The position numbers and the translations under genes were made by a program. A stretch of 64,000 nt of DNA, taken from NCBI GenBank assembly GCA_964106645.2, contig OZ067041.1; one strand, 5' to 3'. How positions within the stretch are numbered: the stretch's first letter is position 1; each line of letters begins with the position of its first letter. Positions 36,161 through 48,407 of the stretch are shown here, one piece after another. The stretch comes from Podarcis pityusensis. Its lineage: Eukaryota. A model generated the notes under the pieces. That model had not been told where the DNA came from and searched no databases. It worked only from the letters and a program-made list of their open reading frames with translations.

Positions 36161-39100
36161 TATTCATTTGCTTAAGCTTTCTTGTGTAAGATATATGCAT
36201 TCAACCTTTCACTTTAACAAACATTCACAAGGCAGCTTTCAGATAACAAAATACAAGTTAACAAAACAATAAAATGCAATAACTGATCAGTTATTGCATA
36301 TGACACTGCAGAAATTGTAGTTTGCAAAGTTTATTGCGACAACCACTCTAAATATCTGCATGAAAAATCTAAAACAATAAAGAATCTCATTATTATAATT
36401 TGGCCAATATCAAACCCTTTCAAGAGCATGTGTTATTTTAAATCCAGGACACTCTGAAGGCATGTCTTTTTAAATTAAAAAAAAACAACCCAATGTAACA
36501 CCCTTTCCAATATAAATATAGAAATAAAGTCAAATCTAATGCAAGCAGGTTTCTTTACATCAACTGTTGCACTTGGAGATCCCAAGGATAGCTCTTAGCT
36601 CCCATGGCTGGAATTCTAATACTGTATGGAGGTCTGAGGAGCATTTAAAAACCCTTACTATTCATAGAGTTGTCACAAAGGTGATTAATGCATTCTTGAA
36701 ACAATCCAGGGACATAAGCTATTGTTATTCTGAGTTTACAGATGGATAGCATTGACTTAAGGTTGGAGAGGATCTCAAGGCTACACACTGAGTCCAAGTT
36801 TGAACAGTGGTATCAACCCAGATTTTCTCCATAGACACATGATGAGAGTTTCATACTGTGCATTTCACCAGTTCATAGACAATGACACTCCACTGGCTTC
36901 GAAGAGGGCAGTTGTCAACATTACAGAGCAGCTCCTCTGATGCAGAAAGTTAAGACTGACACATGAGAAACCCTACATAAATGTGTCATCATTTTCAGAA
37001 GAAACTGGGCTTCTACATGTAAACATAAGCCGTGTGTCCATGACAGATCTATGTAACTCCTAAATCTACACTGAGGCCACCTTTAGGGTCTCTGCAAATT
37101 AGTGCTCCATTGTTACCTTGTCTATCCTGCAAACCTGATCAGCCAGCAGACTTCCCCATTATACTGAATGAGAGTTTGCACCACCAAGACATGGAACTAA
37201 GGGAGCACTCTCCAAGCACTGATGGACAATAACTTTGCAATGAGGTCAAACATTCTATTGTGCTTGGTCCTCTTAAAATGAACACACAAAGGGGGAAAGA
37301 CCATCATAAATTCCCTCACACTGCCATGGTGGTTATTAACTTTACACTGTGAGAATATATTAAATATGAGAGACATTTTTTGTGCAAAGTGAAGATAAGG
37401 AAATATATGCCCTCTATTAAATGGCATGACCCCTTCTTCATTTTTTTCCCAGTGCAAAGTAAGAAACCTGGGGGTATGAATAGTTCTGTCCCACTTGCTG
37501 CAGTTCATTGAGCTATACCTCTAATCGCTTTGCTCAAAAATAAGGCCAGAAAGGCCAACGTAATTGGCTCTCAACCACATAGATGGGACATTTAAAACAG
37601 TCTCCCAGCAGACCCACAGCTCAGTAACGAAGAAGATCCTCTACATACAGAAGGTCCTAGGTTCCATTATTGAAAGTCCCCTGTATGGGAAAGACATCAT
37701 TTTCAAATTGTGAGGAGTGGCTTTCAGTCAGTGTAAACCAGGTGTAGTCAAAGTGGTGCCCACGTTGTTGGACTCCCATCAGCTTCGGCCAGCATGGTCA
37801 ATGATGAGGAATGATGGCAGTTATTGGGCAAATTAAAGACATTGTGTCCTTCATTTGTTTAATTTATTTAAATATATTTAATTATTTAACTCTCCCAAGA
37901 AGGTATACAAATAAAATAAAATACCACAATAATTTACAGCTGGTAAAAATAGACCATAAGCAACCACCTCCCCCTCCCCACACAAAATACCCCAAACACA
38001 GCACACAATTACAATAAAAAGCACAAGACAATAAAAAGGAGACGAAACAAGACCCAAAGGCCCACATCTAGATATATTCAAAATTAAATACCCCCAATCA
38101 CATTGTATTTTAAGGCTGTTGTTGGTGGTTACTTTTTTAAAAAGCTCATAATTATCAGAGGGCAACAGGCATTGGTACTGGTACCCTTGGGAAGCTGCAT
38201 ATGTCAGTATGCATGGCAGTCATTGGAGCATTCTAATCACTCCCCAGGTAAGCCCAGTGAGGCTCACCAGCATAGGGACATTTTGCTAAAGGTCACCCTC
38301 AGACCCTGGTGCTGGTCTTCTTCAAGGGAAGAGAAAAGGTGCCTTTGAGAAAGAGTTATATGTGATCTGAAATGGGCGCAGCGGGCAGGCATTGCCCACT
38401 CTTTAAACTGCATCCCTGCTCAGCTCAGCTGTTCTCTTCCCTCTGTCAGATCATTGGTGAAAGTAGACCTTCAGCAACATTTCCTACCTACCTGACCATG
38501 CAGCTGGCCATTTCAAGAGACAGGAGCCCAGAGTCATTGCAGCATGAGGAAACTTGTTTTCCATATATCAGGGTGAAGGTTGCCTCTGCTGCTGGGTGAC
38601 TGACAGCAGCAAAAGCTTTCAAAACCTCTCTCTGCCACTGCTTAAATTAAGAGTCACTTAATGAAATGCACAGCTTCCCACCCCCAGCACCTCATGACCA
38701 GATTATTAGTGGCTGCTTCCCCCTACTGCATAGGTTTTTAATCCAGGTCTGGAATAGTAGATGGTGTTGTATGCTAAGAAGTTGAGCAAACCTGTGTGAG
38801 AAGTAAATCCTGGAGAATCAAATTGCCCACTTAAACATATCAGTCAAAGGAAAGTAACTGTTGGTGAGTGAATGGCAAACTCTACTGTATCTTCCCCCCA
38901 GAGAGCCTGTGTTCCACTCCTGTTGCAACTACTTAGTTTGCAACTGTATATAATCTTTTAACCAGATAATGTATTTCCTTCCATTATCACAGATTCCATA
39001 TCCCATAATGTTTCCATAAACCATATGTCCATGCAGTCTGTGTGTATTCATAGATAGATGTATCTGTTTTCATGCAGCTACACAGGCACACAAGGGGATG

Positions 39101-42100
39101 TAGATGAGCCCTCTGGGATTTCAAAGAAAGCCTCATAAAATGAACCTGCTCCTCAGCGGATGCAAATTGATGCAGTTCATTCTGCCTTTAGGCCAATCTG
39201 ACATCTGGCTAGTTCTGTCCCAAGTAATGGGTGATGCTATACTTCATGGGTATACCTCTTTAGCAGCAGAAATGGCTTGGGAAATTTAAAGAGTCCGAAT
39301 CTTATTACTGTCACTGTGCTGAATCGACACTGCTTTTATATCAAACTCTCCATGTACTTTTCATTATTTCCCAGCTGTGCTGAATTAATACAATGATAGG
39401 TGTTCAAATTCATACCTGCCTGAGATCATTTAACTGGGAATGCATATGTCTGCATGCATGTGGGCTTTTGTAATTAATAGCATTCAAAACACTCTGCCCA
39501 TCTTTGCACATAACTAAGCCCTGGTGTGAAAACAATTGCTGGGAAGACAGCCATGTTGCATTTTGGCTCAAATTAAGTCTCCTTTTTGTGGAAAATTACA
39601 GATTTTGGGTGTAGATGGAGATATGGAGAGGAGCGTCCTCTCTAAGGTTAGGTTGTGGGAGGGATGTTTCGGTTTTAGGGTTTGGTTGTGGGAGATAACT
39701 ATCACCCACCCAACCTCCTACCCCTTGTGGCTGAAGTAATTTGGGAGGACATTCCCATTTCCCCTAGGATTTGTCCGGATTCGTTCAATGGTGATAGGCA
39801 GGGACAGTATCAGGGATCATCATTAGCAGGCACTCGCTGAGAACTGCACGCTGTGAAGGGCCCAACAATGATCCCTGGACTTCCTGGCCCTGGTGTCCTT
39901 CCTTTTTGCCACTGCTGCTCGTTCACCTTCCCTCTACAAACAATGAATGGAATGAGATGAAGAAACAATATTTTCCACTTTCCATGGTGGTTGTGTGAAC
40001 TAGGCCCTAAGGGAGAGGGCAAGGAAATGAGCAGCAGACGTGGTAATGAGAAGGATGTGGGCCCACTCCCAGAGGGGAACCTTCCAAAGGCATTCTGCCT
40101 AAGCCTTCCCAAACCTGAATTGCCTTGCCAAACAAATTGACACAAGAATTTGTGGAGCTGCTGATCCAATGGGGAGTGGGGGGTGGGTTAATGACATCAC
40201 ATTCTTACTTGGGAGGCTGGGAAAGACCCCAATTTGCCTGTTTGGCCACACACAGAGCTGATGCACACTTCTGCCTTGCACTTCTCATTTAGCCTTGTTT
40301 ATAATACAGAAAGGGTGCCCAGTAGATAAGATTTCTGCATGTGTAAGCATCTTGTGCTTTGAATGTCCCTGCCTTCCAAAATAAATCACAGTAAAGCTAG
40401 AAAATGTCTGACAATCTCTTTCATTCTAGGTTACAATCTGAAATTTCTTTTTTAAAAAAAAAAAAAAGTTTGATTTCAGCCATTTTAAAAAGAATGCTGC
40501 AGCATCGGAGTTTGGTTTGTTTGTTGAAAAAAGCTGAATTAATGGAAAGAATCCTGAAGTGAGTGTACCTGCTGCCAAAAATGTATCAAACTATCCCCCC
40601 CCCACCACCTTCCTTATGATAAAGCACAAAAAAAAAAACCTGCCCCTGGAAATGCTAGTAAGGTCACTGGGTCTCATCAGCTTCTTTTGCAGCTCCATTA
40701 GCTAAGCCACAGATACACCAGGGACGTATCTGGCACAATAGTGTGTATCAGTATGACAACCTTACTGAATGGTTTGTGTTCAAACTGTTTGTCTTCAGTC
40801 AAAGGGTAAGCTTTCAGAAGAGACTGTGGGACTTGGAGCAGGAATGAGCATTGGGGGGGGGGGGGGCAGCAGAAGGACCATCCATTATTTTGCTATTTTT
40901 CTGTGTTCAGCTCTTTGACTGTTATTCAGCTCCCTTCATCCAAACACCTATTCTGTTTCATATCATTTGATTGTATCTTTATGGCTCTATGGCTACAGAG
41001 CTATAATTAATTACTCAGCCCTTCTTCCCTTGTATTCCTCATTTCATTTTTTAAGTATTTTGAGTTCTTAAAATTACATTTTTTTCATTATGTTCTAGCC
41101 ATGTTAATCTGCTGGAGCAAAATGGAAAGAAAAAGGGAATTGTGGCACCCTGTGGCACAATCCTATGCATGTTTATACAGAAGTTATTGTTGTTGATTTA
41201 AAAAAAAAAGACTAGACAGCCATTTTAATGATTGCCTTGTACTGCTTTTGGTGTTTTTATTTTGATGTACGCTGGCCTGATATGAGAGCTGCATAAGTAA
41301 ATAACTACATTTTATAAATAACCACATAAAAATAAATAAATCTCACAGTATTCAATCAGCGTTAGTCAGAAGCAGCTGCACATAGAATTGCAACCTTAGA
41401 GACTGAAGGAGCAATCCAAACCAAAGAACTACCAGATGAGCTGCAGATCTCCAGCTCAGCCAGAGAGATGCTGGCATAACTCTTTCAGCCTGGGTCAGCC
41501 AGGGCTCAGCTGGCTGAGCTAAGACTTGTGAATCTTGGGCTGGCATAAGCCCTGGCGGCAGGATGTTTCAGAGGAGTAGCAGGACTAGGAGTGGGCCAGG
41601 GGAACTTACAGTGGATTCTAACTCTATCCAGCTTGATCTCATGACCTTGCAACCTGGCAGAATTTATACTGGCAGAAAGGGTGGTGTAAGTCAAACTCTC
41701 TTTTAAAGACTTGTTTCCCCTCTGCAGATTCCTAAGGCAGTAGCCCCACTCCTGAAGAAAATTTGGAATAGGGGTAATTTATGCCAGCTTTCTATACTTT
41801 TATGATTCCTCTGTGATATATTGTAGCTCAAGCTTTAATAGGCATGACCAGTTTCCTATCTACAGTTGAGGGTAGGAGGCAGCTAGCATGAGACCAGCCC
41901 ACATTGATGAGAAATGTTGCAGGTTCCTTAAGTGCTTGATGTTTGTGACTGCCACCACATCTAATAGGATGGTGCATAAAATGAGGCATGTCTGAAATAT
42001 TCAGAGAACAAGGAGTTCAGGTGAATAGAAATACAATTGGATGCCCAAGGGGATGCATTTTGTGTCTGAATCACCTCATTACACATTATAACAATTACTG

Positions 42101-42211
42101 CATTCAAATTATTAATATGGAGATCTGCATTAATGTTGAATTATAACTCATGGTTTGGTGGGTGCTGTATCTTACTTCAGTGAGGCAACATTCTTTTTAA
42201 GTAAGCATATA

Positions 42212-42461
42212 CAGTGGTATCTCAGGTTAAGAACTTAATTCGTTCCGGAGGTCCGTTCTTAACCTGAAATTGTTCTTAACCTGAGGTACCACTTTAGCTA
42301 ATGTGGCCTCCCACTGCCGCCGCACCACCGCCGCACAATTTCTGTTCTCATCCTGAAGCAAAGTTCTTAACCCGAGGTACTATTTCTTGCTTAGCTAACC
42401 TGAAGCGTCTGTAACCTGAAGCGTCTGTAACCTGAAGTGTCTGTAACCTGAGGTACCACTG
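42212..42461. mobile_element. Tc1/mariner-type MITE with TA target-site duplication
   Basis: TA|CAGTGGTATCTCAGG...CCTGAGGTACCACTG|TA, with an internal 18-bp tandem repeat TAACCTGAAGCGTCTG. Confidence 0.92.
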
Positions 42462-43102
42462 TATATAGCTGCCCTGTGAAGAGATAAGTCTGCTTTATGT
42501 GTGCTAGTTCTCTCTCTGTCACCATGGATTTGCTTTATGTGTGTTCATGCTGAGTGCAGTCTTATTATTAAATTACTGCATCAGTATTGTTAGTAGATGA
42601 GACACCAGTTTCCTCTGGGCAGATGCAAAGCTCTCCACTACATAAATCATGTTCATGTGCAGAAACAGTGGTACCTACCTCTGCAATGTATTCCTAGCTG
42701 GTGTCATCCACTTCTGCCCAACTCAAGGCAGCACTTCTTCATTGAGAAAAGTGAGTGAAATCCCAACCCAGGCAATTTCTGCTGTTGTTGTGGGGAAAGA
42801 GACACCCAAAAAACGCCTGATACTAAGACTGACAAATCTACTGCAAAAGGCTGTCTGTCCATCAGTTGTCAAGAGCAGAATGTTCTATATTCACTGCTTT
42901 CAGTGTTGTAAAGAGCTGGGGTAAATGAATTCCATGCTTCCATGGCTAGGCATGTCAACAAATACTTTCTACTGTGTGACATAGCATTTTAATGGTCATG
43001 TTGATACTCCTGTACTTGCAAACGCCTCCTGTAACAAATCTTGTTAGTTTCCCCTTCCAAAGGAAAGCAGGTCAACTTGAAAGGGCCAGCACTGGAACTT
43101 GC

Positions 43103-43762
43103 CTGTTGTTTTTGTTGTTTGCATCCATCTGTCTGAAGAGACACTGGAGTGTGCCTCTGGGGGGGTGAAGCCAAATTGCTGCATTAGCAGACAGCAAGAC
43201 CCCCTTCTCGGCCTCACCAATATGATCCAAAGGAAAGAAGAGCAATACATATGGCACCGTCTCGGCTGCAGGAATTGCTGGACAGAGGCATACAAGGTGC
43301 CATCCAGCCATCTTAGGGACTCTACTCTGGATTGTGTAGGGTTTACTCCTTAGCTTTTTCTTCCCCCAATTATATCATGGAAAGCAGTGAATATTCAGGA
43401 TCAGAGTTTTCCTTCTCCTAGATGGGCTACTTTCCCAAGCTGATGAGCCCATCTGCCCCCTCTATAACACATGCAGAAACCATCTTCTTGGCCATTGGAC
43501 CCACTATTGTTCTTGTTTACTCAATCTGCCAGAGCCTGTCTTCACATGCAGGGGAAGTCCCTAACTCACCGAACATTTGAGAGCCATCGGCTATCCTAAT
43601 CTGGTTTAGTCGGCCAGTTAAAGTCATTTCCCAGGGTGTGGTCACTGTCACATGCTGATGGCTTCTAGGAGCCACAGGTGAGAGCTGAGTGCAGGGTGGG
43701 GACCAAAGGTAGACAAACTACCCCAGAAGGAGGTCCTATCCTTCCCCTAACACCCCTGTACA
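43103..43762 (-). mobile_element. Interspersed retroelement, probably a non-autonomous RTE-derived element
   Basis: Minus strand contains CCCATCTAGGAGAAGGAAAACTCTGA (RTE 5'-UTR-like) and ends GGATGCAAACAACAAAAACAACA, a (CAA)-type tail. Family assignment is from recall. Confidence 0.6.
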
Positions 43763-44310
43763 GACATGGCAACTAACATATAAAACATGGATTTGGAAGT
43801 TCATTTCAATGAGCATGTAATTCCATGTTCTGCCAGCATGGATGCATCAAAGAATGTATTTTCATATTAGCCACTCAAGAAATTCCTTTAAAAGTTAGGA
43901 AATAAGAAATGAAAACTGAAACAATTTTCCAGCTATAGGGGGGTAGATGTTAATGGATTACAGGCCATGCATTTGTTGAACTGTTAGGGGTGGACAAACT
44001 GCCGCCTTTGGTGCAATGGGAGGGAAGGAGAGATGAGAGGGAAGGATCACACACAAAAATGAGACTTTGCCCCTTGCTGCACCAATAAACAGTATGTGGC
44101 CCCCAGAAGGCTACTCCTGAAGGAATGCAGCCTTCCTTATCAATAGAATTCCCTTTCAGTGGAGGCCTGCCTGGCACCAACTTTGCAAAGACATACACAC
44201 ACCAGGGATTTGGGCAGCAACCAATGGGTAGTATTTAATTAAGCTTTACTCAGAGTAGATGTGTTGAATCAATGGACCTAACAGTAATGTTCATTATATT
44301 CATGGGCCTA

Positions 44311-44667
44311 GTAAAAGTAAAGGTAAAGGGACCCCTGACCATTAGGTCCAGTCGTGACCGACTCTGGGGTTGTGGCGCTCATCTCGCTTTACTGGACGAG
44401 GGAGCCGGCGTTCAGCTTTTGGGTCATGTGGCCAGCATGACTAAGCAGCTTCCGGCGAACCAGACCAGTGCACAGAAATGCCATTTACCTTCCCGCTGGA
44501 GCGGTACCTATTTATCTACTTGCACTTTGATGTGCTTTCAAACTGCTAGGTTGGCAGGAGCAGGGACCGAGCAACGGGAGCTCACCCCGTCGCAGGGATT
44601 CAAACTGCTGACCTTCTGATTGGCAAGTCCTAGGCTCTGTAGTTTAACCCACAGCGCCAACTGCATC
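44311..44667 (-). mobile_element. Full-length Sauria SINE (Squam1) with 10-bp target-site duplication
   Basis: tRNA head GGCGCTGTGGGTTAAAC..., BovB-like tail ending (ACCTTT)n, and CATGGGCCTA duplicated at 44301-44310 and 44668-44677. Confidence 0.96.
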
Positions 44668-44970
44668 CATGGGCCTACCTTGAGTTAATTTTAGTTCACT
44701 ACTATCCAATGTTTGAATGTTTTTACTCTGACTATCTGATGGTATTCCATGCTGATACAACTCAGAGTAGACACGTTGAAATTAATAAACATGACTAAGT
44801 TTGGTCTATTAGTTTTAAAAGGTCAGCTCTGAGTAGGACTTAGATGAATAGTTTTTAATTATGTATTTTTATTACTGCATTTTCATTTTGTTGTACATTG
44901 CTTTAGGAATTATCATTATGATTATTATTTTTGGCCGTGAGAAGTGATTCATAAATTTAATTATGTTAAT

Positions 44971-45116
44971 CAGTGATGGCCAAACTTGGCCCTCCAGCTG
45001 TTTTGGGACTACAACTCCCATCATCCCTAGCTAACAGGACCAGTGGTCAGGGATGATCAGGGATGATGGGAATTGTAGTCCCAAAATAGCTGGAGGGCCA
45101 AGTTTGGCCATCACTG
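44971..45116. mobile_element. Near-perfect palindromic hAT-type MITE
   Basis: About 58-bp inverted arms CAGTGATGGCCAAACTTGGCCCTCCAGCT... / ...AGCTGGAGGGCCAAGTTTGGCCATCACTG. The 8-bp flanks ATGTTAAT and CTGTAAAT match at 6 of 8. Confidence 0.88.
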
Positions 45117-46888
45117 CTGTAAATCAACTCAAAGAAAAAGGGTTACCCATCCCTGATCTATGTCAAAGGAAACCCACTAACCTAAAGCCAACCAGCTAGG
45201 AAAATGTTCATCTCTGAGAAATAAATTTTCACTTAACAGATCACCTTCCATTGATTAAAACACATACCCCTCTTAGACTAATAGTGCTTTTGCCAACCCA
45301 AGGACTGTCATGTTAGAGCAGATGCTATTTGCCTTCTCTTATATGCAGAGGAAGCTGTGTGAGGAATTACATTACATTCTGTAAAGAACTGGAGGTGAAC
45401 AAGAGTTGTGCATAAGTGGAGATGGAAGTTGGCAGAAAAGTCTCATGTTCTGCTGTGGAGATTTCTGTGTTTGCCATTGTTCCGAAAAGGTTATTAGCAG
45501 GCTGCAGTACAAACCGTCCTGAAGTGTTCGCTATGCCTTTGTCTGACTACAGAGTTTTTACAAGCCCTATTTTCTTTGAGAGCTGACAGCATAATGGTCC
45601 TGGACAAAGCCAAATTAACATCTGCATGTTCACTAGGGGATGGGCCAAGCTCTTTTATAGGAGAGAAAAAAGAAAAGCAATTCAGCAGCAGCCGTACAAA
45701 GGAGAGAGGGAGAGAGAGATTATTTTATTTCTTTGTGGTCCACCAGAAAGAGGCAGACCCCGTGTTGGGGTTATAACTTGACCACAACTTTATTAACATT
45801 TATAGTATTATGCAAAATTGAGAAAGAGCCTTGTGGCACCTTAAACACTAAAAGGTTTTAGTTATTAATGAACTAGCATCCTTTTGATATTATCAAGAGA
45901 AACATTTTTCTTCAAGAAATGGACTAGAGATGTTGTCCAATGCCACACCCCACCCACTGGTGTGAATGAGATTCAGTGCAACGTGCTATATATTGGTGAA
46001 AAAGCCACAGTTCCAAAATGTGATAGGTACTGTACTGCAGTGTGAAAGGAACTTTAGAAAAACAGAAGTGTAGCATTATAGTTAGGAAAACTAGTGCAAT
46101 ATTCCCTAAATCTGAATGCATCCAATGTCGCCACTCCCCAACCTTTCAACACATGCATGCTTCTGTCCCCCCCCCCCTAATTTGCCCATGACAATTGCAG
46201 GAAAGAAGTGTATGCAGCACACTGCCCTAAATTTCATCACTTTTCTTTCTCAATTTTCTGGGTTAAAGCAGTTGCAAATGGATTTTTTTCTCGAAACAAC
46301 ACAGAATGAGTGCTAAACTTCCACTAGATTTTCAGAAGTGTCTTTTGCAGTGTGAAAGCTCAAAGAGGGAAATATTGGGGAAATGGAATGAAGTTCTGTG
46401 TCAGTGCAGCCTTTGATTGACCAGTGGACAGACAGATAGTAGTTGTTCATGTTTAGGCCACACATGAATGGGTATTTTCAGTAGTGCTTTACCTCTCCCC
46501 AGACTGTGGAATGTTCTCCCCAGGGAGACGTAACTGGGACTATCCTTCTCAGTCCCTAGGCACCAAGCACCCTGGCAAAAACATTCACCTTGTTTACTCA
46601 GGCCTTTGGTAATTCAGTTATCTTCTATGGTGATGTTCATTTTTTAGTGGGTGGGTACAACTCGTCCTTCTGAATATTACTAGATTAATATTTTAGGTAT
46701 TTTGGATTATACATTGTTTTAACATTTTCTGACTACTGCTGTGTCAAAATCTGTCCTCCAATTTCTAAAACTGTTTTCTTCACCAGTGAAATAGACTTTG
46801 CATGTTTCTCTCTTTGTACTTCTGATGGGTGCAGGACCAATATTAATTTGTTGCTGTAAAGTAGCTATGAGTGTTTTATGTGTATGTT

Positions 46889-47099
46889 ACAAGTAGGTAG
46901 CCATGTTGGTCTGCCGTAGTCGAAACAAAATAAAAAAATTCCTTCCAGTGGCACCTTAGAGACCAACTAAGTTTGTTATTGGTATGAGCTTTCATGTGCA
47001 TGTGGTATCTGAAGAAGTGTGCATGCACATGAAAGCTCATACCAATAACAAACTTAGTTGGTCTCTAAGGCGCTACTGGAAGGAATTTTTTTAATTTTG
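46889..47099. mobile_element. Penelope-like element remnant with inverted pseudo-LTR arms
   Basis: Long inverted repeat (about 46926-47002 versus 47022-47100) and a flanking direct repeat TATGTGTATGTT at 46877-46888 and 47100-47111. Contains a hammerhead core. Confidence 0.85.
47003..47044 (+). ncRNA. Minimal type-I hammerhead ribozyme
   Basis: Stem I TGGTAT/ATACCA, core CTGAAGA (47009-47015) plus an extra A, stem II GTGTG-CATG-CACAT, GAAA (47031-47034), palindromic mini-stem III AGCT, cleavage triplet ending at C47038. Confidence 0.8.
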
Positions 47100-48189
47100 T
47101 ATGTGTATGTTGTTATCTGCATTAAACATTTCTCCAGTGCCTTCTGAGCTGCTGCTGCTTCCGGAACTAAAAAAGGGCCCATGGGAGACGTTACCTCATG
47201 AAGTCTTCCCCTGGGTTTTAACTGAAATGTGGGGAGCTAGGAGGGGAGCTAGCGAGCTCCTGAGATCAGTGTGCTCACTTTCTTTGTTTTTAATTAATTT
47301 TTAATTAATTTTTAATTTCTTTTACTTTAAAAGACTTTGGTTCAAATAGTTTTCCTTTAAAGTAAAAGCAGGGATTTCCCATGAAACAACAATTAAAAAG
47401 ACTTAACTTTAAAACAACAGCAACCAGCAGCCAGGTATATGGAAGGCCCTTTGCACTTACTGGAAAGCTCAGTTGAGAAAGGACGCCATTGGGTCAACAG
47501 GAAGTGTGGGCACCCAGGAAGGCTGCAGAGTGCAAATGCAATTTCTTTTCTCATAAATTTATGAAGAACATTGGGGGGGGGGGATACAGGATAAATATTT
47601 GGCACAACAATAATAACTGAGGCAGAACACTGCTTCTCCCACCCATGAAGAGGACCAAATTCAACAAAGGGCCCTGAGGTATGTGGATGGGTGTAAAAAT
47701 GTGTTACTGCCCCTTGAAAGTACCGGGGTCCTAGGCTTTCTTCAGTTAAGGACCATGGTTAGGCTGATTGTAGCAACAGGTAGACATATCTTCAAGAAAA
47801 TCTGTTTTAAAATAGCTATACAGAAGTATAATGTTTTATTATTTCTATAGCACCATCCATCTCTACTGTGTTGTGTAGAGTTTCTTAAGCAAGGACAGGT
47901 TCCTGCCCCTCAAGCATTTTACAATCTAATTATTCAGCTCTGGATGGCATAGAAAAAATATTCTCCAAATGTGTTAGTAATATCTTGTTAATGGCAAAAA
48001 AAAAAATGATCTACATGTTTATATGGTTTAATACAAATGGATATCCATTTCATCCAGATTTTTTTTTTTTTAATGCAGTGTCTTAGTTTTGGCTTCTCTG
48101 TGGTTTAGGGCAGCCATCCCTTTCAAATCTTGAGTCAATTGCTATTGTGGACTTGGCATGAGGCATCCAGACCAGCAATGGTTTCAAAT

Positions 48190-48407
48190 TCAATGATTAC
48201 TAACCATGATGGCTATGTTCCACCTCCATTGCTGGAGATAGCATGCCTTTGAATGCCAGTTGCTGCGGTCACAAGTGTGGAGAGTGATGTTGTGCTCAGG
48301 CCCTGCTTGTAGGTTTCTCATAGGCATCTGGCTGGCCACTGCGAGAACAAGATGCTGTACTATATGGGTGGCCATTAGCCTGATCCAGCAGCCTCTTCTA
48401 AATTCTT
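48190..48407 (+). mobile_element. CR1 3' UTR fragment
   Basis: CCATGATGGCTATG...GGCATCTGG.TGGCCACTG.GAGAACA.GATGCTG...CCTGATCCAGCAG, same family as 11120-11372. Confidence 0.82.

Noticed and set aside
41465-41480. 13-nt match to mature miR-31 (AGATGCTGGCATA)
   Set aside because: The seed does not match and no precursor hairpin is evident.
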